IMG/VR virus record: IMGVR_UViG_3300050331_000115
Coordinates: 1 to 61,963 of that record
Source of the DNA: a virus
Lineage: Duplodnaviria > Caudoviricetes
Reading direction: 5' to 3' (one strand)
Length of the DNA: 61,963 nt
Shown: positions 29,631 through 38,248 of the stretch, piece by piece
Layout: each line of letters begins with the position of its first letter
Numbering within the stretch: the first letter of the stretch is position 1
Notes under the pieces: generated by a model
Told to the model about the DNA's origin: nothing
The model's database searches: none
What the model saw: the letters and a program-made list of their open reading frames with translations, nothing else
Program-made: the position numbers and the translations under genes

Positions 29631-29985
29631 CTGGCATCGCTCCTGCCTTCGATGCGTCGGCCGGCGTAGCCCCCATCTGCCCAAGGCATTGTCGCAGGAG
29701 GTTGAGGGCCTGCACCCCGACTTCACCGCCAGCCATCAACCGTCCGCGAATGGTGGCTGCGATTTCGACGAGCGATCGGTGCGAACTGTTGAGCCACGGA
29801 ATCTCGTCGCGGATGATCGCCCAGGCCGTGGCTGCCTTGCTGCTGTCGGTGTCCTTCATCCACTTCGGAGGATCACCGAGCGGCTCCTTGACAACCGGTT
29901 CATTCCGGCCCTCGAAGCGGGCCGGGTTCACTTTGTCGCGGCCCGTCGCCCTGGCTTTCGCCTTTGGCGTGCGGGGTCTTGGCAT
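29590..29985 (-). CDS. terS: Terminase small subunit (P27-like)
   Basis: PPKWM and MGATPADASK; directly upstream of terL. Confidence 0.85.
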   Translation of the reverse strand: MPRPRTPKAKARATGRDKVNPARFEGRNEPVVKEPLGDPPKWMKDTDSSKAATAWAIIRDEIPWLNSSHRSLVEIAATIRGRLMAGGEVGVQALNLLRQCLGQMGATPADASKAGAMPGDEGRDPAEDYFT

Positions 29986-29994
29986 TTCCCGCTC

Positions 29995-30195
29995 CTATCT
30001 CATCGCCCGCACCATCGGGATCACGTTGGTGAGCTCGCTGACGGTGATGTCGCGCATGGGCACGATGATCGTCACGCCCATGCCGATGTCGTTGAACGAC
30101 GTGATGTCCTTGACGATCGCGCCTGCGATCGGCGACCCGTCGACGACGGCGTGCAGCTTGCCGAGATGGTCACGCTGCAGTTCAAGTTTGCTCAT
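29995..30195 (-). CDS. Hypothetical protein
   Basis: SD GAGGAGG, 66 aa. Confidence 0.55.
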   Translation of the reverse strand: MSKLELQRDHLGKLHAVVDGSPIAGAIVKDITSFNDIGMGVTIIVPMRDITVSELTNVIPMVRAMR

Positions 30196-30217
30196 GCCTG
30201 CCGCGCCTCCTCTGCGC

Positions 30218-30529
30218 TCAGATTGGCCAGCCATCAGGCCCAAACTGAATGACCCGCTTTCCGTGGTCCTCGAGTTGCCCCTGGCTGTTATGGTGGGGGG
30301 CGCACAACCCCTCGAATGGCCCGCCCCAGAATTTCTCAAGATCGCCCTTATGGGGATCGATGTGGTGGACCACCGTCGCCGGCTCGACGATGCCAGATGT
30401 CAGGCACCTGCCGCATAGCGGGTGTTCCGCAAGGAACGCGATGCGAAGGTTGCGCCAACGTTCCGTGCCGTAGAGGTGCTTCCATGCGTCCTGCGGGCGT
30501 GCATCCTGGGCGCGTGTGTCGTCAGGCAC
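30218..30529 (-). CDS. Terminase-associated HNH endonuclease (HK97 gp74-like)
   Basis: HPLCGRC, ATVVHHIDPHKGD, LCAPHHN, DGWP. Confidence 0.9.
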   Translation of the reverse strand: MPDDTRAQDARPQDAWKHLYGTERWRNLRIAFLAEHPLCGRCLTSGIVEPATVVHHIDPHKGDLEKFWGGPFEGLCAPHHNSQGQLEDHGKRVIQFGPDGWPI

Positions 30530-30699
30530 CCGCAGGCAACCTGATGTCGACGGCGCGTTCATCCATGCCTTCGACGAACGGACGCTCGATCTCTCGCGGT
30601 AGCTTGATGTCAGTCATCCGCCATATCCTTCCATTACCAAATCCGGCGCCCACCCACCCATTGCGCCGCGGAGGCGGGCCAGGATGCGATCGAGCAGGG

Positions 30700-30861
30700 T
30701 CATCTCAGCGCCCCGAAAGCAATGCCGCCGACCCACGCTGCGCCGACCACCCAGAACGCCGCCATATCGGCGAAGAAGGACACGACACCGAGGATGGTGG
30801 CGATAGCGATGAAGCCGAATGCGGCCCTGCCGATGAAGTCCAGCATGGTTGCGAAATCCAT
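30700..30861 (-). CDS. Small membrane protein
   Basis: Two hydrophobic segments; in a chain of coupled micro-ORFs at about 30520-30930. Confidence 0.5.
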   Translation of the reverse strand: MDFATMLDFIGRAAFGFIAIATILGVVSFFADMAAFWVVGAAWVGGIAFGALR

Positions 30862-30952
30862 CACTCGTCCTCCACCAGCTTGTCGGCGAGCACGAAGGTG
30901 CGAAGGGTGAGTGTGGACAGTGCCATGGGTAGTCTCCTCGTGGTGGTAAGGG

Positions 30953-31341
30953 CTGGCCATGCCCGTGCAGCGCCGCCCAAGGCGTCACTAGTCGGGTGTC
31001 TCGAATGCAGTTGCGGATGGCCAGTGTGGGGTGCCCCATACGGGGGCGAATACCAACCGTGCGGAAACCGTCTCTGGGCCTGCCCCATTGCTCCCGCCGC
31101 ACGGCGGGCCGCAGCGATCCAGCAACGGCTGGCACGTAGTTGCTGCGGTTCTTCCAACGGATGCCCGTTCGGGCAAATCTGATGGCGAGCTCAACGCCGA
31201 TGCCATTTCCGGCTTCAGACGGAGCTCGCCGACCACCAAGTCGCTGGAGGAGACAGCGCCACGGTGATTGGGTAGACCAACGTCGGACGTCACAGGCCGC
31301 ACTGCGCTCAGGTCGCGACCCCAAGCCGGATATCGTTGGTC
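30953..31341 (-). ncRNA. Candidate structured RNA in the late transcript
   Basis: Seven consecutive inverted-repeat domains tile the interval; no convincing ORF. Confidence 0.45.
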
Positions 31342-31346
31342 GTTCG

Positions 31347-31706
31347 TTACGCGGCCTCCGCCGCAATCTTGTGGTTGTCGTTGGCCGCGCGACATACGTG
31401 CAATGCAATTTGCTTGCCGTGTCTATCAAGCGCGCCACCAGCGTGGACTAGCCCAGCGTTCTTCGCCGCCACATGGAACGGCACGGCACCATCGACGCCG
31501 AGCGCCACCAGTAGCGCCTTGTCGCGAGCCCATGTCCGCGGCGCGTCCTTGTCGAGGTAGATGCCGGCCTTGAACGCGCGGCTGCGATCACCATCCCCGC
31601 TAGCAGCGGCCGTGTCGCTCGTCTGCCGCGCCGGAACCATGGCATCCAGGCGTTCCAGATCAGGGGCGCGCATCCGCTTGCCGCCGATCACTGCCAGTTT
31701 GCTCAC
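31347..31706 (-). CDS. First late gene, hypothetical, with C-terminal ssrA-like tag AANDNHKIAAEAA
   Basis: SD GGAGG plus GTG start. Confidence 0.7.
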   Translation of the reverse strand: MSKLAVIGGKRMRAPDLERLDAMVPARQTSDTAAASGDGDRSRAFKAGIYLDKDAPRTWARDKALLVALGVDGAVPFHVAAKNAGLVHAGGALDRHGKQIALHVCRAANDNHKIAAEAA

Positions 31707-31770
31707 GGCCGCCTCCACAAAAACAACGCCCGCACACCTTCCGGTGCCGGGCGTAAAAATCGACTATGCA

Positions 31771-31827
31771 ATACTATCGACATATTGCCGGTTCGCTGTC
31801 AAGCGGAAATTCGCATAAAGACGCATA
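31771..31827 (-). promoter_or_regulatory. Putative late promoter with upstream CGCATA direct repeat
   Basis: TTGACA at 31797-31802, weak -10, CGCATA-N4-CGCATA at 31812-31827. Confidence 0.55.
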
Positions 31828-31832
31828 ATTTT

Positions 31833-32060
31833 TCACGAGCCACTGCGGATGGCGGCGGCGATGGCCGTACCAAGTTCGAAGTGGAATGCGTCTTTCGCGT
31901 AGGTTCGTTCAGCCACCGTCGCGCACCGCTCGCGCTCTGACATGATGGCGCGAGCCGTGATGCCTGTCATCTTGCCAACCCATGACGGCTGAACAGAGCC
32001 AACAGCGTAGCCGTGCGCCGCATAGGCAGCAGCCAGCACATCCGCAGGAATGTCGTCCAT
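31833..32060 (-). CDS. Hypothetical protein
   Basis: ERERCA...IAAAIR motif common in phage early proteins. Confidence 0.6.
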   Translation of the reverse strand: MDDIPADVLAAAYAAHGYAVGSVQPSWVGKMTGITARAIMSERERCATVAERTYAKDAFHFELGTAIAAAIRSGS

Positions 32061-32065
32061 CTCAC

Positions 32066-32584
32066 TCACCTCACCAGCCCGTACCGCCGCGCCAGGACGT
32101 CCAGCCCCAGCCGCAACCTGTCGGTGGCCACAGCCCGCCTCTGGCTTGCGCCGGTCCATCCGAGATCCGCGCCCGCCGCCTCGAGCGATTGCTCCTCCAG
32201 CACGACGCGATCGACGACCTGGCCGAGCGCGCCAAGATCGGTTCGCGCGCGGCGCCACCGCTGTGCGGCGCCCACCCTGTAGTCGCTCTCGGTTTTGGGA
32301 CTGTGCCCATCCACCATCGGCCTGCCGTAGTCCACGGCTCCTAGCGGGGCCATCCCCGCGGCATACCAGTCTGCGTAGTACCTCTCGGCGGCATCAAGCT
32401 GCGCATCCGTCAGCCGCCCATCCTTGTGCATTCGTCTGACCGGCGAGTCCTGCATCGTGTGGGTGCCGGTCTTGCGATCCACCACGAAGTTATCGTTGGC
32501 CGCCCTGAGCCGCTCTGGCGTTGGCACGACCGCCTCGTCGTCAAAGCTGAACTTCGGCATAGCGGGCTTGGTTTTCGCCTTCAT
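32066..32584 (-). CDS. Late gene regulator, DUF6456/Q-like
   Basis: QLDAAERYYADW, LRLGLDVLARRYG; upstream of late operon; internal AANDNF. Confidence 0.75.
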   Translation of the reverse strand: MKAKTKPAMPKFSFDDEAVVPTPERLRAANDNFVVDRKTGTHTMQDSPVRRMHKDGRLTDAQLDAAERYYADWYAAGMAPLGAVDYGRPMVDGHSPKTESDYRVGAAQRWRRARTDLGALGQVVDRVVLEEQSLEAAGADLGWTGASQRRAVATDRLRLGLDVLARRYGLVR

Positions 32585-32804
32585 GGGTGTTCCCGAGTTC
32601 GAGTTAGTCTACGTCCGGCACCACCAGACACGAATATCCAAGACGTGTTGCCGGCCATACGTCAAGGACGAAATGCGAGAATATGCGCAGGTGGCCAAAT
32701 TGGTGGGAAAATCCCACTAATGGGGGCTGGCCGCCCATCCGGGGCTCCGGCTGTCCCAATTGTGGCAATTTATAGGCACCCAGTTTTACCCTTCTGCCCA
32801 CTCA

Positions 32805-32863
32805 CCTCCCCCCCTTCCCCCAACCCCCACCCCCTATAGGGGGTGTTGGGGGTGGTGGGGAGG
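32805..32863. repeat. Long C/G-tract inverted repeat
   Basis: Perfect 18-bp palindrome CACCCCCTATAGGGGGTG at 32828-32845 with complementary flanks. Confidence 0.8.
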
Positions 32864-33027
32864 ATGCCTCGGAGAGGTCGTTTCGACCCCTGTTTCCCAC
32901 CACCTTTGTGTTCGGGAAGTGTTCGGGGTGTGGCGAAATTATGGCAAACGAGGGGCGATGCGTTTCGACGAAAAACGAGAGAAAATCCAGCAAGTTAACG
33001 CTCAGTTATGCACATTTGCCCCAACAT

Positions 33028-33106
33028 CTGAATTGCAGCGCTGCACGCAGAGGGGGGCGCGCGGTGTGCGGTCCTGTAGGTCAGTGCTGTTGACCTACCC
33101 CCTACC
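33028..33106 (-). other. Putative cos/packaging site
   Basis: Minus strand GGGGGTAGGTCAA...GGACCGCACACCGCGCGCCCCCC...GCAATTC resembles 3'-cos contexts. Confidence 0.5.
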
Positions 33107-33651
33107 TACTATATGTAGTGCCTGTTATGTGATGGGCAGACTAGATGTAGTGTGCCAGGCGATGCATGCGAGCATGACGCCATTCTAACAAATCGCATGT
33201 TTGTAGAATTACATTCCAAGGGGCAATTTGTCCCGCCAGCCCCGCATGCGGGTGTGTGTGGGGAAATTGTGCATAAGTCTGAAATGCTCAAAACGAGCCA
33301 ATCGACGCAAAATGTTTGCTTTGGCAAATAGCCGGTCGCCAGTAGGGCAAACATGCCGGCCGGCATGGCGAACTGCGGCATGGGCGGCCTGGCCGGAGCC
33401 GGCCTGGCTCGATCGCATTTGGCCGGCATGGCGCTGACAAGGCGAGCGCATGCGACTGGGCGAGCCTAAGCGCATGCCGCTAGGCGCCTGCAACGGCCGT
33501 CCCCATGGCGCATGCCACCTAGCGGGCGGATGGCCGGCAATCGCCTAGCGGCCGCTTGTGGTGGCCATGGCGCGAGCCTAGCTGCTCGAGGCAATGCGCC
33601 ATAGGTGGCGCACTAGACGCAATGGCAGGCGCAAGGCGCCAGATATGGCGC

Positions 33652-33678
33652 AAAAGAAAACGGCGCCCGAAGGCGCCT
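33652..33678 (-). terminator. Intrinsic terminator at left end of the ArdA island
   Basis: GGCGCC-TTCG-GGCGCC plus GTTTTCTTTT. Confidence 0.85.
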
Positions 33679-33704
33679 AGTTGGGAGGTAACAGGGGAAG
33701 GTGG

Positions 33705-33875
33705 TTAGAGCTGAATTTCGCTGTAAGAAATTTGAACCACCATTGTGGTTGTGGGGTGAATGCTGGCAACCACAGATCTATCCGGGCTCACCCAATTGCC
33801 GTTTTTGATGCGGCGGAAGTCAGATTTGCGCAGGTGGTCAACGGCTTCAGTCTGTGAGTTAAAATGAATGATCAT
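33705..33875 (-). CDS. Small hypothetical protein, 56 aa
   Basis: SD GGGAG; own promoter. Confidence 0.65.
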   Translation of the reverse strand: MIIHFNSQTEAVDHLRKSDFRRIKNGNWVSPDRSVVASIHPTTTMVVQISYSEIQL

Positions 33876-33896
33876 TTCGTTTTTCTCCCGTTTCGA

Positions 33897-33932
33897 TGGC
33901 CAATATATAGGCCATCGCCCGAGTCGCGTCAA
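33897..33932 (-). promoter_or_regulatory. Sigma70 promoter with operator TGGCCAATATATAGGCCA
   Basis: TTGACG-N17-TATATA; operator covers the -10. Confidence 0.75.
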
Positions 33933-34013
33933 CAACAAAATGCGAAATAATGCGCGCGCCGAAACGGCCGCTTGTGGCGGCCGCTTGGCTTGTGGTGGAT
34001 GGATGACGCGCGC

Positions 34014-34157
34014 CTATTTCTGCCGGCGCCATGTCCGATAATCGTTGACGGACTCGAACGCGATAAACCCGCCGGAGACGGCCGCGATAACGGCCGCCCA
34101 TGGCGCGCGGCGCCTGGCAGTAGACCGCGATTTGCACTCAATGAATGTTTGCCTCAT
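34014..34157 (-). CDS. 47-aa protein MRQTFIECKSRSTARRRAPWAAVIAAVSGGFIAFESVNDYRTWRRQK (not in ORF track)
   Basis: SD GAGGAG preceded by (CCA)4. Confidence 0.7.
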   Translation of the reverse strand: MRQTFIECKSRSTARRRAPWAAVIAAVSGGFIAFESVNDYRTWRRQK

Positions 34158-34271
34158 GTCGGACTCCTCTTGTGTGGTGGTGGTGGCGATACTGCTACAG
34201 CACGCCTAGCGCATGCAAGACGGCCGATACGACGCACAAGGCGCAAAAGGCCGCGGTCAAGTGATAGGCGG

Positions 34272-34592
34272 TCACGGGAGGGCACGCGAAACGGCCGCGA
34301 GTCGGCCGCCCTCGAGCCAATCGCCGCGCTCGGAGATGAATTCGGAATAGAGCGACTCCCAGTCGTCGCCGGCCAGAAGGAATCCGTCCGAGTCGTCGTT
34401 CGGATCCCACAACACCCATTCGCCTGGAAATGCGCTAGCGCGCGCCTTCAATTCGTCGCCGGCATCGGCTTCAAAGTCGCCGCGCCTATCCAGCGCATAG
34501 CCGTTGTGCTCGAGCTTGCCTTTCGCCGCTCGCAGTCGTTCGCCTTGATGGCTGGCAAATTCTCCGGCGGCCGCCTCATTGATCGTTTTCAT
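34272..34592 (-). CDS. Small acidic hypothetical protein
   Basis: SD GAGGAG plus CCA tract; D/E-rich. Confidence 0.7.
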   Translation of the reverse strand: MKTINEAAAGEFASHQGERLRAAKGKLEHNGYALDRRGDFEADAGDELKARASAFPGEWVLWDPNDDSDGFLLAGDDWESLYSEFISERGDWLEGGRLAAVSRALP

Positions 34593-34683
34593 AATCGACT
34601 CCTCTTGCGTGGTGGTGGTGGTGTGATGGTGGTGACTGGCATAACGCCATAAAGCCGGCCGATTGCGCGGCCGGCCGAAAGCG

Positions 34684-35364
34684 TTAGGTGGTGCGGAAGA
34701 AATAGAGCTCGCCGAATTCGCCGTCGCGATAGGCGGACCAATCGCCGCTTATCTCCCAGTCTCGAGCAAGCGAGTCCCAGTCAATATGGCCTTCCAGCCA
34801 TGCAGGAACGGCCGACATGTCGAAACAATCGTCCGCCCGTTCCTGAACAAAATCTTTCCAGGTTTCGGCCGTGCCATCATATTGATCGGAAATGAAATCT
34901 TCCGGATCTTCGGCGCCGGCATCGTTCATTGCCTCAATGAGAACGGCCGCCGGAATTCCGGCATCATCTGCCGCTTCCACAATGGCGACGCGGCGCGCCA
35001 CCTCCTCGAGGCCGGCATATTCGCCAATGTCGCCGAGTCCTTCCGAGTCGTGAATTGCCCATTCTTCGGCGGAAGGGAAGGGTTTGCCTTGCAGCTTTTC
35101 CATATGATCGCAGGCCGGGCATTCCATTGACTCGGGGAAGCCCTCGCCAGCGCCGCGCGTATAGGTATGGCCGGCGCCGCATGCGTCGCAATGGTAGTTG
35201 GCGCGCGTCACGTTGGGCTCCGGCGACGCGGCGAGCATGGCGTTTATTTCCGCCTGCATTGCGTCGACGTCCGTGGTGGCGTCAATCCATAGGCCATGCA
35301 AGCGGCCGGCGTTGTAGCTGGCAAGACAAGCGGCATAGATGCGCGGGTTTGTGGTGGTGGTCAT
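34684..35364 (-). CDS. ardA: Antirestriction protein ArdA with CxxC...CxxC insertion
   Basis: RIYAACLASYNAGRLHGLWIDA, EWAIHDSEG, IDWDSLARD; very acidic. Confidence 0.92.
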   Translation of the reverse strand: MTTTTNPRIYAACLASYNAGRLHGLWIDATTDVDAMQAEINAMLAASPEPNVTRANYHCDACGAGHTYTRGAGEGFPESMECPACDHMEKLQGKPFPSAEEWAIHDSEGLGDIGEYAGLEEVARRVAIVEAADDAGIPAAVLIEAMNDAGAEDPEDFISDQYDGTAETWKDFVQERADDCFDMSAVPAWLEGHIDWDSLARDWEISGDWSAYRDGEFGELYFFRTT

Positions 35365-35416
35365 AGTGGACTCCTCTGGTGGTGGTGTTGCGCGCCGTGG
35401 TGCGGCGCCGTGATGG

Positions 35417-35788
35417 TTAGTGGGAAAGCGAAATGTAGAGCCGGCCGTTATGCGGAAATAGATTGCCGGCGCACGTGCCTTGCTCGGCGAGCTTTTCCGC
35501 CTCATCCCAGTCAATGGCGCCGACTCCATCGCCGGGCGCCAGAGACTGCAATTCGCGCAAATCGCCGGCCGCGTATTGAAGCGTAAGCGCTTCAATTTCG
35601 ATGGCTGACATAGCCTGCGCATGGTCGCGCGCCTTGTCCAATTGGTCGCGCCTCAAAAGGCGCCTTGCGCCTTCTTTGGCATTGTCCCAGGTGAACCGCG
35701 CGGCGCCATGGCCGAGCTCGGCGATAGAGCCGCTAATCATGGCCGGCTCGAGCGTGGTTATCAGGCGCGTTACGTCAACTTCCAACAT
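35417..35788 (-). CDS. Hypothetical protein
   Basis: SD AAGGAG; first gene after leftward promoter. Confidence 0.7.
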   Translation of the reverse strand: MLEVDVTRLITTLEPAMISGSIAELGHGAARFTWDNAKEGARRLLRRDQLDKARDHAQAMSAIEIEALTLQYAAGDLRELQSLAPGDGVGAIDWDEAEKLAEQGTCAGNLFPHNGRLYISLSH

Positions 35789-35817
35789 TTCCGACTCCTT
35801 GTGGTGGCGCGGTGCGA

Positions 35818-35918
35818 TGGCCTATCTATTGGCCATCACGGCTTCACGTCAAGCGCGAAATGCGCCTATATGTATCTATGGTGTTGACACAAGCGCGCGT
35901 TGGCCAATAGATAGGCCA
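35818..35918. promoter_or_regulatory. Divergent promoter pair, each with an 18-bp operator
   Basis: TTGACG (-) and TTGACA (+); operators at 35818-35835 and 35901-35918. Confidence 0.75.
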
Positions 35919-35947
35919 TTGAGAACGCGAATTGAGGAGTCGAGCAG

Positions 35948-36196
35948 ATGGACATTAGGGCAAAGATTGAAGCGCGCATCGCCGCCGAGCATGCCAAGCC
36001 CGACACCCACGTTGGAGTCGTTACGTTCACGGATGGCACGGATTGGCGCCAGCCGTGCAAGAGCGCTGCAGCGGCGGAAAATTTCGTTAGCAGCTATCGC
36101 CGCTTGATTGGCACGCATGAATTCATCAGCCGCAAGACTGGCCAAAAAATCCGCGTCGCTAGCGTCGCTGTGGTGGCGCTGGCAATCGGCGACTAA
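35948..36196 (+). CDS. Small hypothetical protein
   Basis: SD GAGGAG. Confidence 0.7.
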   Translation: MDIRAKIEARIAAEHAKPDTHVGVVTFTDGTDWRQPCKSAAAAENFVSSYRRLIGTHEFISRKTGQKIRVASVAVVALAIGD

Positions 36197-36227
36197 CCAC
36201 CACCACCACAAAAAAGGAACATCGCAG

Positions 36228-36575
36228 ATGGAACGCAAGACATGCACCGGCGAGAGATATACCGGCGAATGGCAATCGCTTTCGGCTCTGCCAAAGTGGC
36301 ACGGCAAGTTTGGCCACCTGAATGCCTATCGTCTTGACCACGAAGACCCGTGCACTGGGTTCGGCCGGCACGATCGTGTGGTTGCGTTCGTTCCAGACGC
36401 GGAGGGTCTTTATTGCCGCGTTGACCACGTCTGGAGTCTCGGAATGCCCACCGAACGCCAGATTTTGGCAGTCGCGAAGCATGACAACGGCACGCGCGGC
36501 AAGTGGCGCCTAGACCGAATTGAGCCGTGGGACAACGGCAAGTCTACCGACTGCCATTTTGTGCGCGTGACATGA
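36228..36575 (+). CDS. Hypothetical protein
   Basis: (CCA)4 plus AAGGA SD. Confidence 0.65.
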   Translation: MERKTCTGERYTGEWQSLSALPKWHGKFGHLNAYRLDHEDPCTGFGRHDRVVAFVPDAEGLYCRVDHVWSLGMPTERQILAVAKHDNGTRGKWRLDRIEPWDNGKSTDCHFVRVT

Positions 36576-36673
36576 AAACCGAGCGGCCGCAGGGCACGGC
36601 CGCTCCCTTGCATGCCCACCACCACCACCACAGCCGCGCAAGCGGCGCCACCACCACCACAAGGAGTCTTGAT

Positions 36674-36919
36674 ATGCAAACGGAATTGGACATGTCGCGC
36701 TTGCCGCTCGGGCTGCGGCACGACTCATATTTCGAGAGAACCGGAAAGCTCGGGCCGAAGATCGACGTCTATTTTGTGACGGACGAACGGCCGCTTTCGC
36801 TCACCTATAAGCATTCGACAAACTGGCACAAGACGTGCCGAGAGGCGATCGCCGCGGCCGCGCGGCACTATGGATTGCCGCGCCATACCTTGCGCGCATA
36901 TTTCTACCGGGGGCGCTGA
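36674..36919 (+). CDS. Small hypothetical protein
   Basis: CCA tracts plus AAGGAG SD. Confidence 0.65.
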   Translation: MQTELDMSRLPLGLRHDSYFERTGKLGPKIDVYFVTDERPLSLTYKHSTNWHKTCREAIAAAARHYGLPRHTLRAYFYRGR

Positions 36920-36921
36920 TC

Positions 36922-37125
36922 ATGGCGAAAGCAACGCACAGAATCCGCCGCTGCGGTGGCAACAAAGACGCGTGGTGCCTTATCGCTTTGCGCGATGATG
37001 GCAGCGAGATTGACAACTATGGGGGGTACACCACGTCCCTTAGCCTCGACTCGCTCTTGAAGCGTGCCGGCGGGTTACTGCCCGCGCCCGGTGACACAAT
37101 CGAGCTTGTCTATTATCCGGCCTAG
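36922..37125 (+). CDS. Small hypothetical protein
   Basis: Starts 2 nt after upstream stop. Confidence 0.6.
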   Translation: MAKATHRIRRCGGNKDAWCLIALRDDGSEIDNYGGYTTSLSLDSLLKRAGGLLPAPGDTIELVYYPA

Positions 37126-37207
37126 CCGCGGCGCCCTATCAGCGGCGCCCTATCAGGCGCCGTCAATAGAACGCCACCACCCACCACGCCACCACGGAGT
37201 CCAGCAA

Positions 37208-37537
37208 ATGAACGTCTACATGTACGCGGCCGCGCTCTATTGCGCCGATTGCGGCGAGTCCATCCGCCAAACGCTTGACCGTGAAGGCAAGCGGCCGGCC
37301 GATCCTGGCGACGAGTCCAGCTATGACTCGGACCAATATCCCAAAGGTCCGTTCGGCGATGGCGGCGGCGAGTCGGACTCGCCTTGCCACTGCGGCGCAT
37401 GCGGCCGCTTTCTCGAGAATCCGTTGACGCCTGATGGCGTCGACTATGTGCGCGACGCGATCGCAAGCGGCGATGGCGCGCCGGATGTTCTGGCCACCTG
37501 GCGCGCGTTCTATGGCGCCGAGATTGAGCACGCTTGA
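37208..37537 (+). CDS. Acidic protein with two CxxC motifs
   Basis: YCADCG...HCGACG; CCA tract plus GGAG SD. Confidence 0.7.
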   Translation: MNVYMYAAALYCADCGESIRQTLDREGKRPADPGDESSYDSDQYPKGPFGDGGGESDSPCHCGACGRFLENPLTPDGVDYVRDAIASGDGAPDVLATWRAFYGAEIEHA

Positions 37538-37718
37538 ACCAATATCGCGGCGCCGCGGGCCGGCGCCGTTCCTATTGGCTCAACCTGGCAAGAGGAGGGA
37601 CGTTGACTAGCACAAGCGGCCGCGCATGCAAGGCGGTCGGATCTACCGGGCGCCACGAGTCCAAAGCGTGGCGCCCGTCCCACGCCACCACAAGCCTAAC
37701 CACCACAAGGAGTCCACT

Positions 37719-37952
37719 ATGCCCACAATCGCCGAATTCCTGGCCGGCCATCCGCTCGCCTATCGTTCATTCGATGGCGTCGCCGTGGTCGCCACCTATC
37801 ACAAGGCCGGCCGCGACGCGATCGGCCACCTGGCCATCTGTGACGCGCAAGGCCGGCGCCTGGCGTCGCCAGTAATGGGCGAACATGGCGCGGCGCAATT
37901 CCATGGCAGCATTGCCGCGGATCCGGCCGCGCGGCCGCTCGAGCTCGCCTAG
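37719..37952 (+). CDS. Small hypothetical protein
   Basis: CCACCACAAGGAG SD. Confidence 0.65.
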   Translation: MPTIAEFLAGHPLAYRSFDGVAVVATYHKAGRDAIGHLAICDAQGRRLASPVMGEHGAAQFHGSIAADPAARPLELA

Positions 37953-38060
37953 CATCTAGGCGCCACCACGGCCGCCGGCCTAACCGCCTGGCGGCCGTTT
38001 GCTATGGCGCGGCCGCTCGAGCGCTCGAGCTCGGCGGATGGCGGCCGGCCGCTATGTCGC

Positions 38061-38233
38061 AATTTTTCTGTGTCGCAGAATCTCAAAACAGCTTTGACAC
38101 TTAAAATTTCTCTGTGTCGAAAAATCTCAAAACAGCTTCGACACTTGAATTTTTCGCTTCGACTGTGTATCAAAACCCCTTCGACACTTGAAATTTTCTG
38201 TGTCGCAAAATCTCAAAAGAGCTTCGACACTTG
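38061..38233. repeat. Four tandem ~43-bp AT-rich repeats
   Basis: Unit about AATTTTCTGTGTCGCAAAATCTCAAAACAGCTTCGACACTTG; third copy diverged. Confidence 0.9.
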
Positions 38234-38248
38234 AGTTTTACACGTCCT

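Noticed and set aside
30953-31720. Phage-encoded tmRNA
   Set aside because: The tag is the end of a 119-aa ORF with its own SD; the GGGGGCGAA and GCCTCCACAA look-alikes are on the opposite strand and no tRNA-like domain could be built.
38061-38233. CRISPR mini-array
   Set aside because: Units are contiguous with no unique spacers; the Cas4-like gene is an ordinary phage exonuclease in the recombination module.
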